Positions 17,307 to 26,937 of a DNA stretch of 64,000 nucleotides are shown here, piece after piece. The notes below the pieces were generated by a model that had not been told where the DNA came from, searched no databases, and saw nothing but the letters and a program-made list of their open reading frames with translations. The position numbers and the translations under genes were made by a program. Numbering within the stretch: position 1 is the first letter of the stretch; each line of letters begins with the position of its first letter. The stretch lies in the NCBI GenBank assembly GCA_022711435.1, contig JAKLFB010000019.1:23521-87520 (forward strand). Direction: 5' to 3'. The stretch is from Verrucomicrobiota bacterium. GTDB taxonomy: Bacteria > Verrucomicrobiota > Verrucomicrobiia > Limisphaerales > UBA1319.

Positions 17307-18653
17307 ATGGAAACACCCCCCTGCCCCGACACCGCCCCCCCGACCTGCGCCGATAGCCAACTCGCCCAACGCACCCCCGCCCTCACCTTCATCGGCCTCG
17401 GCGGCGCCGGCGTCAACATCGCCCAGTTCCTCGCCCGCGAGGCTCTCCCCGGCGTCCGGTTCGCCGCCGTCAACACCGACGCCCAAAGCCTCGCTCCCCT
17501 CCAGCAGATCGAGACCCACCTCCTCGCTGCCGAAATCACCCGCGGCCTCGGCGCCGGCGGCGACCCCGACCTCGGCCGCCAGGCCGCCGAAAAGGACGCC
17601 GCCGCTCTCGCCCGCCTCTGCGCCGGCGCCGACCTCGTCTTCGTCGCCGCCGGCCTCGGCGGCGGCACCGGCACCGGCGCTGCCCCCGTCCTCGCGCGCA
17701 TCGCCCGCGAATCCGGCGCCCTCGTCCTGGCCTTCGCCATCCTCCCCTTCGACTGCGAAGGCAAACGCCGCCAAAACCAGGCCCTCGCCGGCCTCCAGTC
17801 TCTCAAGTCCGCCGCCGACGGCGTCATCTGCCTCCCCAACCAGCGCCTCAACCGCATTGCCGACGAGCATACCCACCTCGCCGACACCTTCCGGATCAGC
17901 AACGAATTCCTCGCCCAAACCATCCGCGGCATCTGGCGCATGCTCCATCGCCCCGGCCTCATCCACACCGACTTCAGCCACCTCCGCGCCGCCCTCCAGG
18001 GCCGCCACACCGAAAGCGCCTTCGCCACCGCCCAGGCCGCCGGGCCCAACCGCGCTCGCGAAGCCACCGAACTGCTCCTCGCCAGCCCCCTCCTCGAAGA
18101 CCCCGCCCTCCTCGCCCACGCCGATACCGCCCTCGTCACCATCGCTGCCCATAACCTCACCCGCGGCGAAATCGACCGCGTCCTCGAACCCGTCAACCGC
18201 CAGTGCCAGAACGCCCACATCATGCTCGGCGCCGTCCTCGATGAATCCCTCGGCGACCGCATCGAAATCAACCTCATCGCCTCCCGCCGCGAGCCCGCCA
18301 GCGCCGACCCCAGCCGCCTCAACGCACCCCCCAGCTCCCCGCTGCCCCCCAGCCAGGAACACCTCCACCTCGATCTGGCCGGCTTCTCCGATGCACCCGA
18401 ATCCCGGCGCTCCCACCCCGAGTGCCTCCCCCCACCGCCCAGCCTCGCACCCGAAACCACCCGCCAGCTCTACCACCAAAAACACAGTGCCGGCTCCCGG
18501 CTCCGCAAGGTCATCCCCCCCCGCTTCCGCCAGCAGCAGCTCCCGCTCGAAATCATCTCCAAAGGCCGCTTCGAAAAAAGCGACCCCACCATCCGCCACG
18601 GCGAAGACCTCGATATCCCCACCTTCAAACGACGCGGGATCCCCCTCAATTGA
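17307..18653 (+). CDS. ftsZ: Cell division GTPase FtsZ (divergent T7 loop)
   Basis: Tubulin signature GLGGGTGTGAAPV, AVNTDAQ, and C-terminal peptide DLDIPTFKRRGIP. The T7 loop reads HTDFSH instead of NxDxxD. Confidence 0.92.
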   Translation: METPPCPDTAPPTCADSQLAQRTPALTFIGLGGAGVNIAQFLAREALPGVRFAAVNTDAQSLAPLQQIETHLLAAEITRGLGAGGDPDLGRQAAEKDAAALARLCAGADLVFVAAGLGGGTGTGAAPVLARIARESGALVLAFAILPFDCEGKRRQNQALAGLQSLKSAADGVICLPNQRLNRIADEHTHLADTFRISNEFLAQTIRGIWRMLHRPGLIHTDFSHLRAALQGRHTESAFATAQAAGPNRAREATELLLASPLLEDPALLAHADTALVTIAAHNLTRGEIDRVLEPVNRQCQNAHIMLGAVLDESLGDRIEINLIASRREPASADPSRLNAPPSSPLPPSQEHLHLDLAGFSDAPESRRSHPECLPPPPSLAPETTRQLYHQKHSAGSRLRKVIPPRFRQQQLPLEIISKGRFEKSDPTIRHGEDLDIPTFKRRGIPLN

Positions 18654-18682
18654 CCGAACCCAACCCCAACCCACGCACCCCC

Positions 18683-19915
18683 ATGAACCATCCCCACCCC
18701 ATCGACTCCATCAGCCGCCGCCAGTTCGTCCACCGCGCCTCTATCGGCGCCGCCATCCTCGCCTCGCCCAGCCAGCTCGCCCGCGCCGCCGCCGGCGCCA
18801 ATGAACGCATCCGCATCGGCATGATCGGTGTCGGCGGACGCGGCAGCGCACTGCTCGCCGATATCCTCGGCCAGCGCCAGAAAAAGAACGTCGAGATCGC
18901 TGCCCTCTGCGACGTCTACCGCAAGAACCTCGACGCCGCCGCCCAGCGCGTTCGCCAGAGCCAAGGAGGATCCGAGCCCGCCAGGTTCTCCCGCTACCAG
19001 GACCTGCTCGCCTTTCGCGATCTCGACGCCGTCACGATCGCCACCCCCGATTTCAGCCACGGCACCCTGCTGGTGGCCGCCCTCCAAGCCCGCAAGGATG
19101 TCTATGTCGAGAAACCCATGACCATCGACCTCGAGCACGCCAACCAGGCCTTCGACCTCGCCCGCGCTAACCAATGCGTCGTCCAGGCCGGTACCCAGCG
19201 CCGCAGCGAAGGCAAGTTCATCAGCGCTGCCAAAATGATCGCCCAAGGCGCCCTCGGAACGCTCAACCGCATCGCCGCCGCCTACTACGTCAACCAGGCC
19301 CGCTGGAAACGCCAGAACGACCCCTGCACCGCCGCCGACGTCGATTGGGATGCCTACCTGCTGCACCTCCCCAAACGGCCATTCAACGCCAGCCTTCTTC
19401 GCGAGTGGCAGCTCCATCGCGAGACCTCCAACGGCATGCCCGGCCTCTGGATGACCCATTACGCCGACGCCACCTCCATGCTCACCGGCGCGCGATACCC
19501 CTCAAGCGCCGTCGCCCACGGCGGCACTTACGTCTGGAAAGACGGACGCGAGCATGCCGACACGTTCTATGCCCTCGTCGATTATCCGGAAGGTTTCCTC
19601 TTCAACTGGGGCATGGGGCTCGGCAACGCCGCCGGCATTCATTGGACCCTTCACGGCACCCTCGGCACCATCGATATGGAGAAGGCAACCTTCACGCCCG
19701 AACGCCCCAAGGCCCAGCCCGCCCCCTTGCCCCCCGAACCCAGCCTCTCGCACATGGGCCAATGGCTCGATTGCATCCGCACCCGCCAGCGCCCCAATGC
19801 CGATATCCAGTTCGGCCACCAGCATGTCGTCGCCACCGTCATGTGCGCCCGCGCCCTCGAGACCGGCCAGCGCCAAACCTACAACCCCGCCAGCCGGCTG
19901 ATCCTCCCCGGCTGA
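18683..19915 (+). CDS. Tat-signal Gfo/Idh/MocA family oxidoreductase
   Basis: ATG 18683 inside ORF 18422..19915. Twin-arginine motif SRRQFVHRASIGAAILASP and Rossmann motif IRIGMIGVGGRGS. Confidence 0.8.
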   Translation: MNHPHPIDSISRRQFVHRASIGAAILASPSQLARAAAGANERIRIGMIGVGGRGSALLADILGQRQKKNVEIAALCDVYRKNLDAAAQRVRQSQGGSEPARFSRYQDLLAFRDLDAVTIATPDFSHGTLLVAALQARKDVYVEKPMTIDLEHANQAFDLARANQCVVQAGTQRRSEGKFISAAKMIAQGALGTLNRIAAAYYVNQARWKRQNDPCTAADVDWDAYLLHLPKRPFNASLLREWQLHRETSNGMPGLWMTHYADATSMLTGARYPSSAVAHGGTYVWKDGREHADTFYALVDYPEGFLFNWGMGLGNAAGIHWTLHGTLGTIDMEKATFTPERPKAQPAPLPPEPSLSHMGQWLDCIRTRQRPNADIQFGHQHVVATVMCARALETGQRQTYNPASRLILPG

Positions 19916-19924
19916 TCCCCTCCC

Positions 19925-21052
19925 GTGAACGCCCGCATCGCCAGGGTCGATGCCTTCCCGGTTTGCTACCCCGTGGCCGGGCGCTTCAAGTTCTTCGAGG
20001 GCCCCCATGGCCGCGCAGGCCGATATTCTGTCCTTGTCAAATTGACGGCCGACAGCGGCGCCGTCGGCTGGGGCCAATGCGTCCCCTCCCCCCGCTGGAG
20101 CTACGAGACGCTCGAATCGGTCTACTACACCATCACCCGCTACCTCGCACCGTTGCTCGTCGGCGCCAACCCGCACGATCACGAGGCCATCTTCCAGGCG
20201 ATGAACCGCGAGATCGCCCCCTCCTTCTCGACCGGCCAGCCCGTCTGCAAAGCCGGCATCGACCTCGCCCTCTTCGACCTCGCCGGCAGGCTCCTCGGGC
20301 AAAACGCCGCTCAAGGCTGGAGCCGCCGCGGACTAGGCCGGCTCTCCATCAGCTACACCCTCAATCCCAAATCGATCGACGACATCGATCCCATGGTCGC
20401 CGAGGGCCGCGCCAAAGGCTACCGCCATTTCAACGTCAAAATCGCTCCCGATCTCGCATTCGATCTCGAGCTCTGCCGGCGCGTCAAGAAGCTCGTCCCC
20501 GACGGATTCCTCTGGGCCGATGCCAACGGCGGCTACGACGAGGCCGCCGCCCTCGAGGCCGCCCCCAAGCTCGCCGATATCGGCGTCGCCGTCCTCGAAC
20601 AGCCCTTGCCCGCCAACCGCCTCGAAGGCTATCGCCGCCTCAAACAACAAGCCGCCCTCCCCATCCTCATGGACGAGGGCATCGTCTCCTCCGTCGAGCT
20701 CGAGGAGTTCATCAAGCTCCGGCTCCTCGACGGCGTCGCCATGAAACCCGCCCGCTGCGGCGGACTGGCCGAGTGCCGCCGCCAGATCGAAATCGTCCTC
20801 CGCGAAGGACTGATGTTCCTCGGCAGCGGCCTTTCCGATCCCGACCTCGCCCTCGCCGGATCCCTCATCCTCTATGGCGCCTACGGCCTCGCTTACCCCG
20901 CCGCTCTCAACGGATGCCAGTTCCTCCAGGGAAGCATCCTCGCCCAGCCCTTCGCCGTCCAAGACGGATTCCTGCCCGTCCCCACCGGCCCCGGCCTCGG
21001 CGCCCAAGTCGACGAGGCAAAGATCCCTCAGTACCTCGTGCGCGATATCTGA
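19925..21052 (+). CDS. Enolase-superfamily enzyme (mandelate racemase/muconate lactonizing family)
   Basis: GTG start. Metal-ligand pattern DANGGY / LEQP / MDEG, plus KPARCGG. Substrate not assignable. Confidence 0.75.
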   Translation: MNARIARVDAFPVCYPVAGRFKFFEGPHGRAGRYSVLVKLTADSGAVGWGQCVPSPRWSYETLESVYYTITRYLAPLLVGANPHDHEAIFQAMNREIAPSFSTGQPVCKAGIDLALFDLAGRLLGQNAAQGWSRRGLGRLSISYTLNPKSIDDIDPMVAEGRAKGYRHFNVKIAPDLAFDLELCRRVKKLVPDGFLWADANGGYDEAAALEAAPKLADIGVAVLEQPLPANRLEGYRRLKQQAALPILMDEGIVSSVELEEFIKLRLLDGVAMKPARCGGLAECRRQIEIVLREGLMFLGSGLSDPDLALAGSLILYGAYGLAYPAALNGCQFLQGSILAQPFAVQDGFLPVPTGPGLGAQVDEAKIPQYLVRDI

Positions 21053-21131
21053 CCCGGCCAGTCGCGCCGTTCAATTTTTGACACTGGTCCGGACCCGCTC
21101 CTGCGCCGGAACAAGAGACGCACGCCCCTCC

Positions 21132-22628
21132 TCAGCGCGCCGCCTCCGGCAGCAGTTCCCCGCCTGCCACCTTGAACGCATAGGCGTCCCGGCATGGCGC
21201 GCCTTCAACCCCCAGGGAAGGCGTCTCAATCACCAGGTTCCTCCCCTCCACCCGCGCCGAAAGCCTCCCCGGAACGCCCAGCATGGTCACTTCAACGTCT
21301 GGCCGGCATCGGATGTCTCGAATCACGAACCGCGGCCCCGGCCAGCCGGGTGTGATTGCATAGAGCACGCCCGGCTTGGAGGTGAAAAACGCCTGCTTCA
21401 CCGCACGGTCGCCCCGAGGCTCCTGCCCGATCGCCTCCATCAGCTTATACTCCTGCATGTACTCCTTGAACTCCTGCGTCGGACGCTTGCCCGCAGACCA
21501 TTGGCAATCGCGCAGCGCCGCCCGCGTCCCATAGATCGCCTCGCCGTTCACGCGCAGCCAATCCCCTATCTCGAGCAGCCGCTGCTGCATGATCACCGGG
21601 ATCCGCCCATCCCCCGTCGGCCCGATGTCCAGCAGCAGGTTGCCCCCCCGGCTCACCAGGTCCGCCAGCATCATGATCATCTCCCGCGCCGGCCGGTAAT
21701 CGTCGATCGTCTCCGCCCGGTTATACCCGTAGGAATACCCCATCCCCCGGTTCTCTTCCCACGCGTGCGCTGCGTCCTTCATCCCCGCGCCATACTCCGT
21801 CGTGTAGTAGGTGCCATGCCGATGCCGCGTCTCTTTCCCCCAACGATCGTTCACCACCACGTCCTCCCGGCACGGCGATTCGTTGAACAGCCAGGCCAGC
21901 AGTTCCTCGCTCTTCCACTCCGATGACGGCATGTCCCATTCCCCGTCGCTGAAGATGATCGAGGGACGATACCGTGTCACCACATCTTTGAACTGGGGGA
22001 TCATGTGCTCACGCACGTATCGCTGGCGGTCCGCTTTCCACAGCGGGTTGAACCACTCGTACAGCGAGTAATAAAATCCCATCTTCAGCCCCTGAGCCCT
22101 GACCGCCTGCGCCAGGTCGCCGAGCAGATCCCGCCGCGGCCCGATGTCCACGCTGTTCCAGGGACGGCCCCACGCCCGGTTCGCCTCCTGGCTCGGCCAC
22201 AGACAAAAACCCTCGTGATGCTTCGAGGTCAGGACCACATATCGCGCCCCGGACCGCCGGAAGATGTCCGCCCACTGCGCCGGGTCGAAGAGCTCCGCCC
22301 GGAACATCGGCGCAAAATCCTTGTAATCGAACGATTCCCCGTAGTTCTTCCGATGAAACTGCCACCAGACATTGTCCGGTTTCCGGTCCGCCATCCGCTG
22401 CCAATACCACTCCGCGTAAGACCGGGGCGCCCCCCACGCCGGCACTGAATACACCCCCCAGTGGATGAAAATCCCGAACTTCCCATCCAGAAACCACGAT
22501 GGCGTCGGCCGCCGATCCAGCGATTCCCAGCGCGCCTCGTACCGCTCTCCCGCGCCAGCCGCCGCCACCGACAGCGCCCCCAGCCAAGCCGCCACCCCCC
22601 CATAGATAGCCATCCGCTTCGTGTTCAT
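21132..22628 (-). CDS. Alpha-L-fucosidase (GH29), secreted
   Basis: FGIFIHWGVYSVPAW and KHHEGFCLWPS. Signal peptide from the internal ATG at 22628 (MNTKRMAIYGGVAAWLGALSVAAAGA). The track ORF extends to 22703. Confidence 0.88.
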   Translation of the reverse strand: MNTKRMAIYGGVAAWLGALSVAAAGAGERYEARWESLDRRPTPSWFLDGKFGIFIHWGVYSVPAWGAPRSYAEWYWQRMADRKPDNVWWQFHRKNYGESFDYKDFAPMFRAELFDPAQWADIFRRSGARYVVLTSKHHEGFCLWPSQEANRAWGRPWNSVDIGPRRDLLGDLAQAVRAQGLKMGFYYSLYEWFNPLWKADRQRYVREHMIPQFKDVVTRYRPSIIFSDGEWDMPSSEWKSEELLAWLFNESPCREDVVVNDRWGKETRHRHGTYYTTEYGAGMKDAAHAWEENRGMGYSYGYNRAETIDDYRPAREMIMMLADLVSRGGNLLLDIGPTGDGRIPVIMQQRLLEIGDWLRVNGEAIYGTRAALRDCQWSAGKRPTQEFKEYMQEYKLMEAIGQEPRGDRAVKQAFFTSKPGVLYAITPGWPGPRFVIRDIRCRPDVEVTMLGVPGRLSARVEGRNLVIETPSLGVEGAPCRDAYAFKVAGGELLPEAAR

Positions 22629-22722
22629 GTTCTCCGGATTCTGGGCCGGCCGCCACCTCCTGTCAATCGCACGACCTTCCAGGCTTGCCAAACCCGGGTC
22701 CAAAGCCTTACACCATGTCTCG

Positions 22723-23244
22723 ATGTCCTCGGTCGCCGAACAATTGCGCCGCGCGCGGGAGTCCCGTGGATGGACCGTCTACGAAGTCGCGGAGCTCACC
22801 AAAATCAAGACCGATCACATCCGCGCCCTCGAAAGCGGAGATTACCGGGCGTTCTCTGCCGCCGTCTATGTCCGCGGCTTCGTCCGGACCTACGCCAGCA
22901 TTCTCAAGCTCGAGCCTGCCCCGCTCGTCGCCGATCTCGAAGCCGAGCTCCGCCAGATCCCCGAGTTCCAGGACCCCGCCGCCGCCGGCCCACCGTCCCA
23001 TCGCTGGATCGATTTCCTCATGCTCCAGCTCTCCCGTCTCCACCTTCGCTCGGTTCTCTGGACGGCGGCAATCCTCCTGTTCCTGGCCATCGGCCTTTGG
23101 GGATTCCGGATCTGGCAGCGGCACGCCGCCCGCGACCCCCTCTCCAGCCTCGGCCCCGGCCTCTATCAATCCCCCGGCTACACCCCGTCCCCCGCTCTCC
23201 CTCTCCCCACCAACGCGGCATCCGCCCCCCGGCGCTCCAATTAA
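22723..23244 (+). CDS. RodZ-like helix-turn-helix membrane protein
   Basis: ATG 22723. N-terminal XRE-type HTH (VAEQLRRARESRGWTVYEVAELTKIKTDHIRALE) followed by FVRTYA and one TM (VLWTAAILLFLAIGLWGF). Confidence 0.65.
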   Translation: MSSVAEQLRRARESRGWTVYEVAELTKIKTDHIRALESGDYRAFSAAVYVRGFVRTYASILKLEPAPLVADLEAELRQIPEFQDPAAAGPPSHRWIDFLMLQLSRLHLRSVLWTAAILLFLAIGLWGFRIWQRHAARDPLSSLGPGLYQSPGYTPSPALPLPTNAASAPRRSN

Positions 23245-24437
23245 CGTGCTCCACCGCCCGCCCAGCTCCCCGCAGCCGCCCGCTCCGCCCATCGCGCCGG
23301 TGACCAGTCCCGCAGCTTCTCGACGATCCGCGGCAAATGCCGCATCAGATGCTCCACCTCCGCCTCGGTCGTCTCCACGCTCAAGCTCAATCGCAGGCTG
23401 CTCCGCGCCCGCTCGGCGCTGATCCCCATCGCCGTCAGCACATGAGACGGCGCCGTCGAGCCCGTCGTGCACGCCGATCCGCTCGAGACGCATATCCCCG
23501 CCTCGTCCAGCATCATCACCATCGCCTCCGAATCCACCCCCGCAAAGGACAGGTTCACCGTGTTCGGCAAGCGGGGCTCCCGAGCCCCGTTCCGCGCCAC
23601 TCCCGCCACCGACTCCCGAATCCGACGCTCGATCTCATCCCTCATCCCCCTGACTCGCGCCGCCATCGCGGGCAATCGCTCCAGCGCCAGTCGCGCGGCC
23701 CGCCCAAACCCAACGATCCCTGCCACGTTCTCCGTGCCTCCCCGGCGCCCGCGCTCCTGATGCCCCCCCACCACCCAAGGCTCGAACGGGATCCCGGACC
23801 GGATATACAGCGCCCCCGTGCCCTTCGGCCCATGAAGCTTGTGCCCGGACACCGATGCCATGTCCACCCCCCACCGCCCCAGCTCGATCGGCATCTTCCC
23901 GGCCGCCTGAACCGCATCCACGTGCAGCCATGCCTTTCGCCGGCGGCACACCGCCGCAATCTCTTCCACCGGAAAGATCACGCCCGTCTCGTTGTTCGCG
24001 TGCATCACGCTCACCAAAGCGGTCTCCTCGCCGATCGACTCCTCCACCTGCGCCGCCTCCAGCCGCCCCTCCCCGTCCACCGGCAGCCATGTCACCCGAT
24101 ACCCCCGCCGCTCCAGCTGCCGGCAGCAGTTCATCACCGCCGAGTGCTCCACAGCCGACGTCACAACATGACGCTTCCCCGGCTGCATCCGCACCGCGCT
24201 CGCGATGGCTGCATTGATGCTCTCCGTCCCCCCGCTCGTGAACACCACCTCCCGCGGGCTCACCCCCATCAGCTCCGCCACGCCGGATCGAGCCTCGTCC
24301 ATCAGCCGGCCCACCCGGCTCCCGAAACCATGCGGGCTGGACGGGTTGCCCCAATACTCCCGCAAACACTCGCCCACCGCGTCCGCCGCCTCGGGCGCCA
24401 CCCGCGTCGTCGCATTGTTGTCGAAATAGCTCAACAC
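23241..24437 (-). CDS. Cysteine desulfurase (NifS/IscS family, PLP-dependent)
   Basis: GTG 24437 gives the N-terminus VLSYFDNNATT. PLP lysine in SGHKLHGPKGTGALY and catalytic Cys loop SSGSACTTG. The track ORF extends to 24602. Confidence 0.88.
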   Translation of the reverse strand: MLSYFDNNATTRVAPEAADAVGECLREYWGNPSSPHGFGSRVGRLMDEARSGVAELMGVSPREVVFTSGGTESINAAIASAVRMQPGKRHVVTSAVEHSAVMNCCRQLERRGYRVTWLPVDGEGRLEAAQVEESIGEETALVSVMHANNETGVIFPVEEIAAVCRRRKAWLHVDAVQAAGKMPIELGRWGVDMASVSGHKLHGPKGTGALYIRSGIPFEPWVVGGHQERGRRGGTENVAGIVGFGRAARLALERLPAMAARVRGMRDEIERRIRESVAGVARNGAREPRLPNTVNLSFAGVDSEAMVMMLDEAGICVSSGSACTTGSTAPSHVLTAMGISAERARSSLRLSLSVETTEAEVEHLMRHLPRIVEKLRDWSPARWAERAAAGSWAGGGAR

Positions 24438-24621
24438 CGGATGCTCCTCTGAAATCGCTCGGCGGCCCGGCCCCGGCCGCCCGCCTGCAGCAAAATCCCG
24501 GATCGCACGCTTGTCAAGCACTCCTCGACTCCCGCCGCAACGCCCTGCGCCCCGGCGATCGCCCCCCCGGACCACCGGCGGGCTTGCCCCGGCTCCCCCC
24601 ACCCGCTAGATATTACCCCTG

Positions 24622-26499
24622 ATGCGCAGTCCGTTCCGCAACTGGCTCGAGTCGAAACTCGCCCAATGGAATATCGGCGGCAAGATCGGCACCCGCTTCG
24701 CCAACTCGTCTCTGGTCCAGCTCCTCCTCTATTCCATGGCCTTTCGGCTCGCCCTGATCGGCCTGGGACTGTTGAGCGTGTTGTTCCTGGCCATGATCCT
24801 CAAGGTGATCCCCACCTCGCCCGCCGGGGTCACCCCCGCCATCCGCGTCAGCGGCTTCGACCTTCTTCAGTCGTGGTCTCTCCGCCGCACCGCGGAAAAA
24901 GCCACCGCCGCCCGACGGTTCGAGGATGCCATCATGGCCTGGCGCTCCGCCGTCGCCAACAATCCCGGCAGCCCCGAGCTGAACCGGGGGTTGCTCCAGG
25001 CCATCCGATCCTCCGAAGACACTCGGTTTCACTTGCCGGCCGCCGTCGTCCAAAGCGAGCACCTGCTCCGCCTCACATCCACCAACAGCGCCGACCTCGA
25101 GCTGGTCTCCGGGATCTTCGCCCAGTACCGCCTTTTCGACCTGGTCCTCTCCTACCTCGAGCCCATCCAGGATTCACTCACGCCCGCCCTCGAGACGGTC
25201 TACCTCCAATCGCTCTTTTTTACCGGCGACATGCGCCGCTTCGCCGACCGCTGGGAAAAAAAGCGGCCTCTCCTCGGCGAGAATCCAAAGCTCGATCTCT
25301 ATGACGCCGCCTACACCCTCGGCTGGGGCTCCCCTTCCGGCGCCCTCCACGCCCGCCAGGTTCTCTACGAAGCCCTCGCCAGCCCCGCCCTCCACAATGA
25401 GGCCCTCCGCCTCCAGTTCCTCGTCGGCCTCAAACGCGCCAGCATCCAGGAATGCGACGCCGCCCTGCGCGAGCTCGGCGACCGCCGCCTCGACACCCCC
25501 CTCGAACATGCCAGCTACTGGCGGCTCCTCGCCAACTCCGGCCGCCATGACGAGGCAGTCCGCCTCGCCCAGCTCTACACTTTCCCCCCATCCTCCGCCC
25601 TCGAAACCGCCGAGCTCGCCGATGTCTACGCTTTCCTCGGCTTGCGGGATCATGCCCGGCTCATCTACCAGAGCTATGCGCCCCGATTCAGCTACTCCGA
25701 AAAGCTCTGGCTCAAGTTCGCCAGCCTCCTGATCGAGGATCAGCAGTGGGACGCCCTTGCCAAGCTCGCCCTCCAGCTCCGCGAAATCGGCGGCCTCACC
25801 GATTCCCTCACCGGCTTCTCCTATTTCCTCGACGGCCGAGCCACCATGGCCATGCAGCGCCACGTCGATGCCGATAACGCCATGCGCAAGCTCGCCGATT
25901 TCCAGTTCCGCAATCCCGAGCTCATCCTCTACATCGGCCAGCAGTTGATCCTGCTCGGCTACCAGGGCTATGCCCGCCAATTCCTCGTCCGCCAGCAGGC
26001 CGACCTCAGCCGCAATTCCCATTACTGGGCCCTGGTCTTCACCGCTGCCTACGCCGTCAAGGATCTCGAGCTCATGCTCCAGGCGGCTCAGCAGCAATAC
26101 CTCCTCGTCCCCGACGACCTCGTCGCCGTCAATAATTACGCCGCTGTCCTCCTCGTCCGGCGCACCCAGTCCGATGAGGCCGTCCGCCTCACCATGCAGC
26201 TCATGACCCAAAAACCCAACTCCGCCGCCTCCCGCATCAACCACTGCCTTGCCCTCGTCCAAAGCCAGCGCACCGATGAGGCCGAAACCCTCTTGCGCAC
26301 CGTTGTCCCCGGCGCGCTCTCCCCTCTCGAAGCCAACTCCTACCACATGGCCTGGCTCGAGATCCACCTCGCCCGATCCGACTGGCCCCAGGCCCTCGCC
26401 GAGCACCGCCGGATCAACCCCGATCTCCTCTTCCCCAACCAGGTCCAATGGCTGCAGGATGTCCACGGCAAGATCACCGCTTCCCTCCCCGCCACTTGA
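24622..26499 (+). CDS. Membrane-anchored TPR-repeat protein
   Basis: N-terminal TM (ALIGLGLLSVLFLAMIL) followed by a ~550-aa helical-repeat sequence with TPR-like A/L/Y periodicity. No catalytic motifs. Confidence 0.6.
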   Translation: MRSPFRNWLESKLAQWNIGGKIGTRFANSSLVQLLLYSMAFRLALIGLGLLSVLFLAMILKVIPTSPAGVTPAIRVSGFDLLQSWSLRRTAEKATAARRFEDAIMAWRSAVANNPGSPELNRGLLQAIRSSEDTRFHLPAAVVQSEHLLRLTSTNSADLELVSGIFAQYRLFDLVLSYLEPIQDSLTPALETVYLQSLFFTGDMRRFADRWEKKRPLLGENPKLDLYDAAYTLGWGSPSGALHARQVLYEALASPALHNEALRLQFLVGLKRASIQECDAALRELGDRRLDTPLEHASYWRLLANSGRHDEAVRLAQLYTFPPSSALETAELADVYAFLGLRDHARLIYQSYAPRFSYSEKLWLKFASLLIEDQQWDALAKLALQLREIGGLTDSLTGFSYFLDGRATMAMQRHVDADNAMRKLADFQFRNPELILYIGQQLILLGYQGYARQFLVRQQADLSRNSHYWALVFTAAYAVKDLELMLQAAQQQYLLVPDDLVAVNNYAAVLLVRRTQSDEAVRLTMQLMTQKPNSAASRINHCLALVQSQRTDEAETLLRTVVPGALSPLEANSYHMAWLEIHLARSDWPQALAEHRRINPDLLFPNQVQWLQDVHGKITASLPAT

Positions 26500-26505
26500 T
26501 CCATC

Positions 26506-26937
26506 ATGTCACCTTCTCTCCGCGCCTTCCTTCAACGCTGGATCGTCACCGCCCTCGGCGTCCTGGCCGCCACCCAGATCGTCCCCGGCATCGCCTTCGA
26601 CCATTGGGCTGGACTCCTCATCGCCTCTCTCCTCCTCGGCGCCCTCAACGCTTTCGTCCGCCCCGTGCTCCTGGTCGTCTCCCTCCCCCTCCTCCTGGCG
26701 TCGTTCGGCCTCCTGCTCCTCGTCATCAATGCCCTCCTCCTCTACCTCGTCGCCGCCCTCATCCACTCGTTCCATGTTCCCACGTTCGGCGCCGCTTTCT
26801 GGGGCGGGCTCGTCATCAGCATCACTTCATTCCTCGCCCATCGCCTGATCCGCCCCCTCGACACCCCCCGTCCGCCCTTCCCCCCCTCGCGCCCACCTCC
26901 TCACCAGGATCCCGACGGCCCCATCATCGACGTCTGA
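26506..26937 (+). CDS. Small 4-TM membrane protein (phage holin family IV / DUF360-like)
   Basis: WIVTALGVLAATQIVPGI..., LLGALNAFVRPVLLVVSLPL..., INALLLYLVAAL and FWGGLVISI. Pro-rich tail. Confidence 0.6.
   Translation: MSPSLRAFLQRWIVTALGVLAATQIVPGIAFDHWAGLLIASLLLGALNAFVRPVLLVVSLPLLLASFGLLLLVINALLLYLVAALIHSFHVPTFGAAFWGGLVISITSFLAHRLIRPLDTPRPPFPPSRPPPHQDPDGPIIDV

Noticed and set aside
16023-18674. 883-aa minus-strand ORF
   Set aside because: It is antisense to ftsA and ftsZ. Its composition is Gly/Ala/Glu low complexity with no motifs.
19174-21081. 635-aa plus-strand ORF spanning two genes in another frame
   Set aside because: An extreme Arg/Pro composition. It overlaps the oxidoreductase and enolase-family genes, which have recognisable motifs in their own frames.
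21053-21131. Possible bidirectional terminator between the enolase-family gene and the fucosidase gene
   Set aside because: Only a weak 5-bp CCAGT/ACTGG pairing around a TTTTT run, which is too weak to call.
26506-26937. Holin-family protein as evidence for a prophage
   Set aside because: No phage structural, lysis or integrase genes nearby. This 4-TM family is widespread as a stand-alone membrane protein. The flanking genes are housekeeping (TPR protein, trmB).
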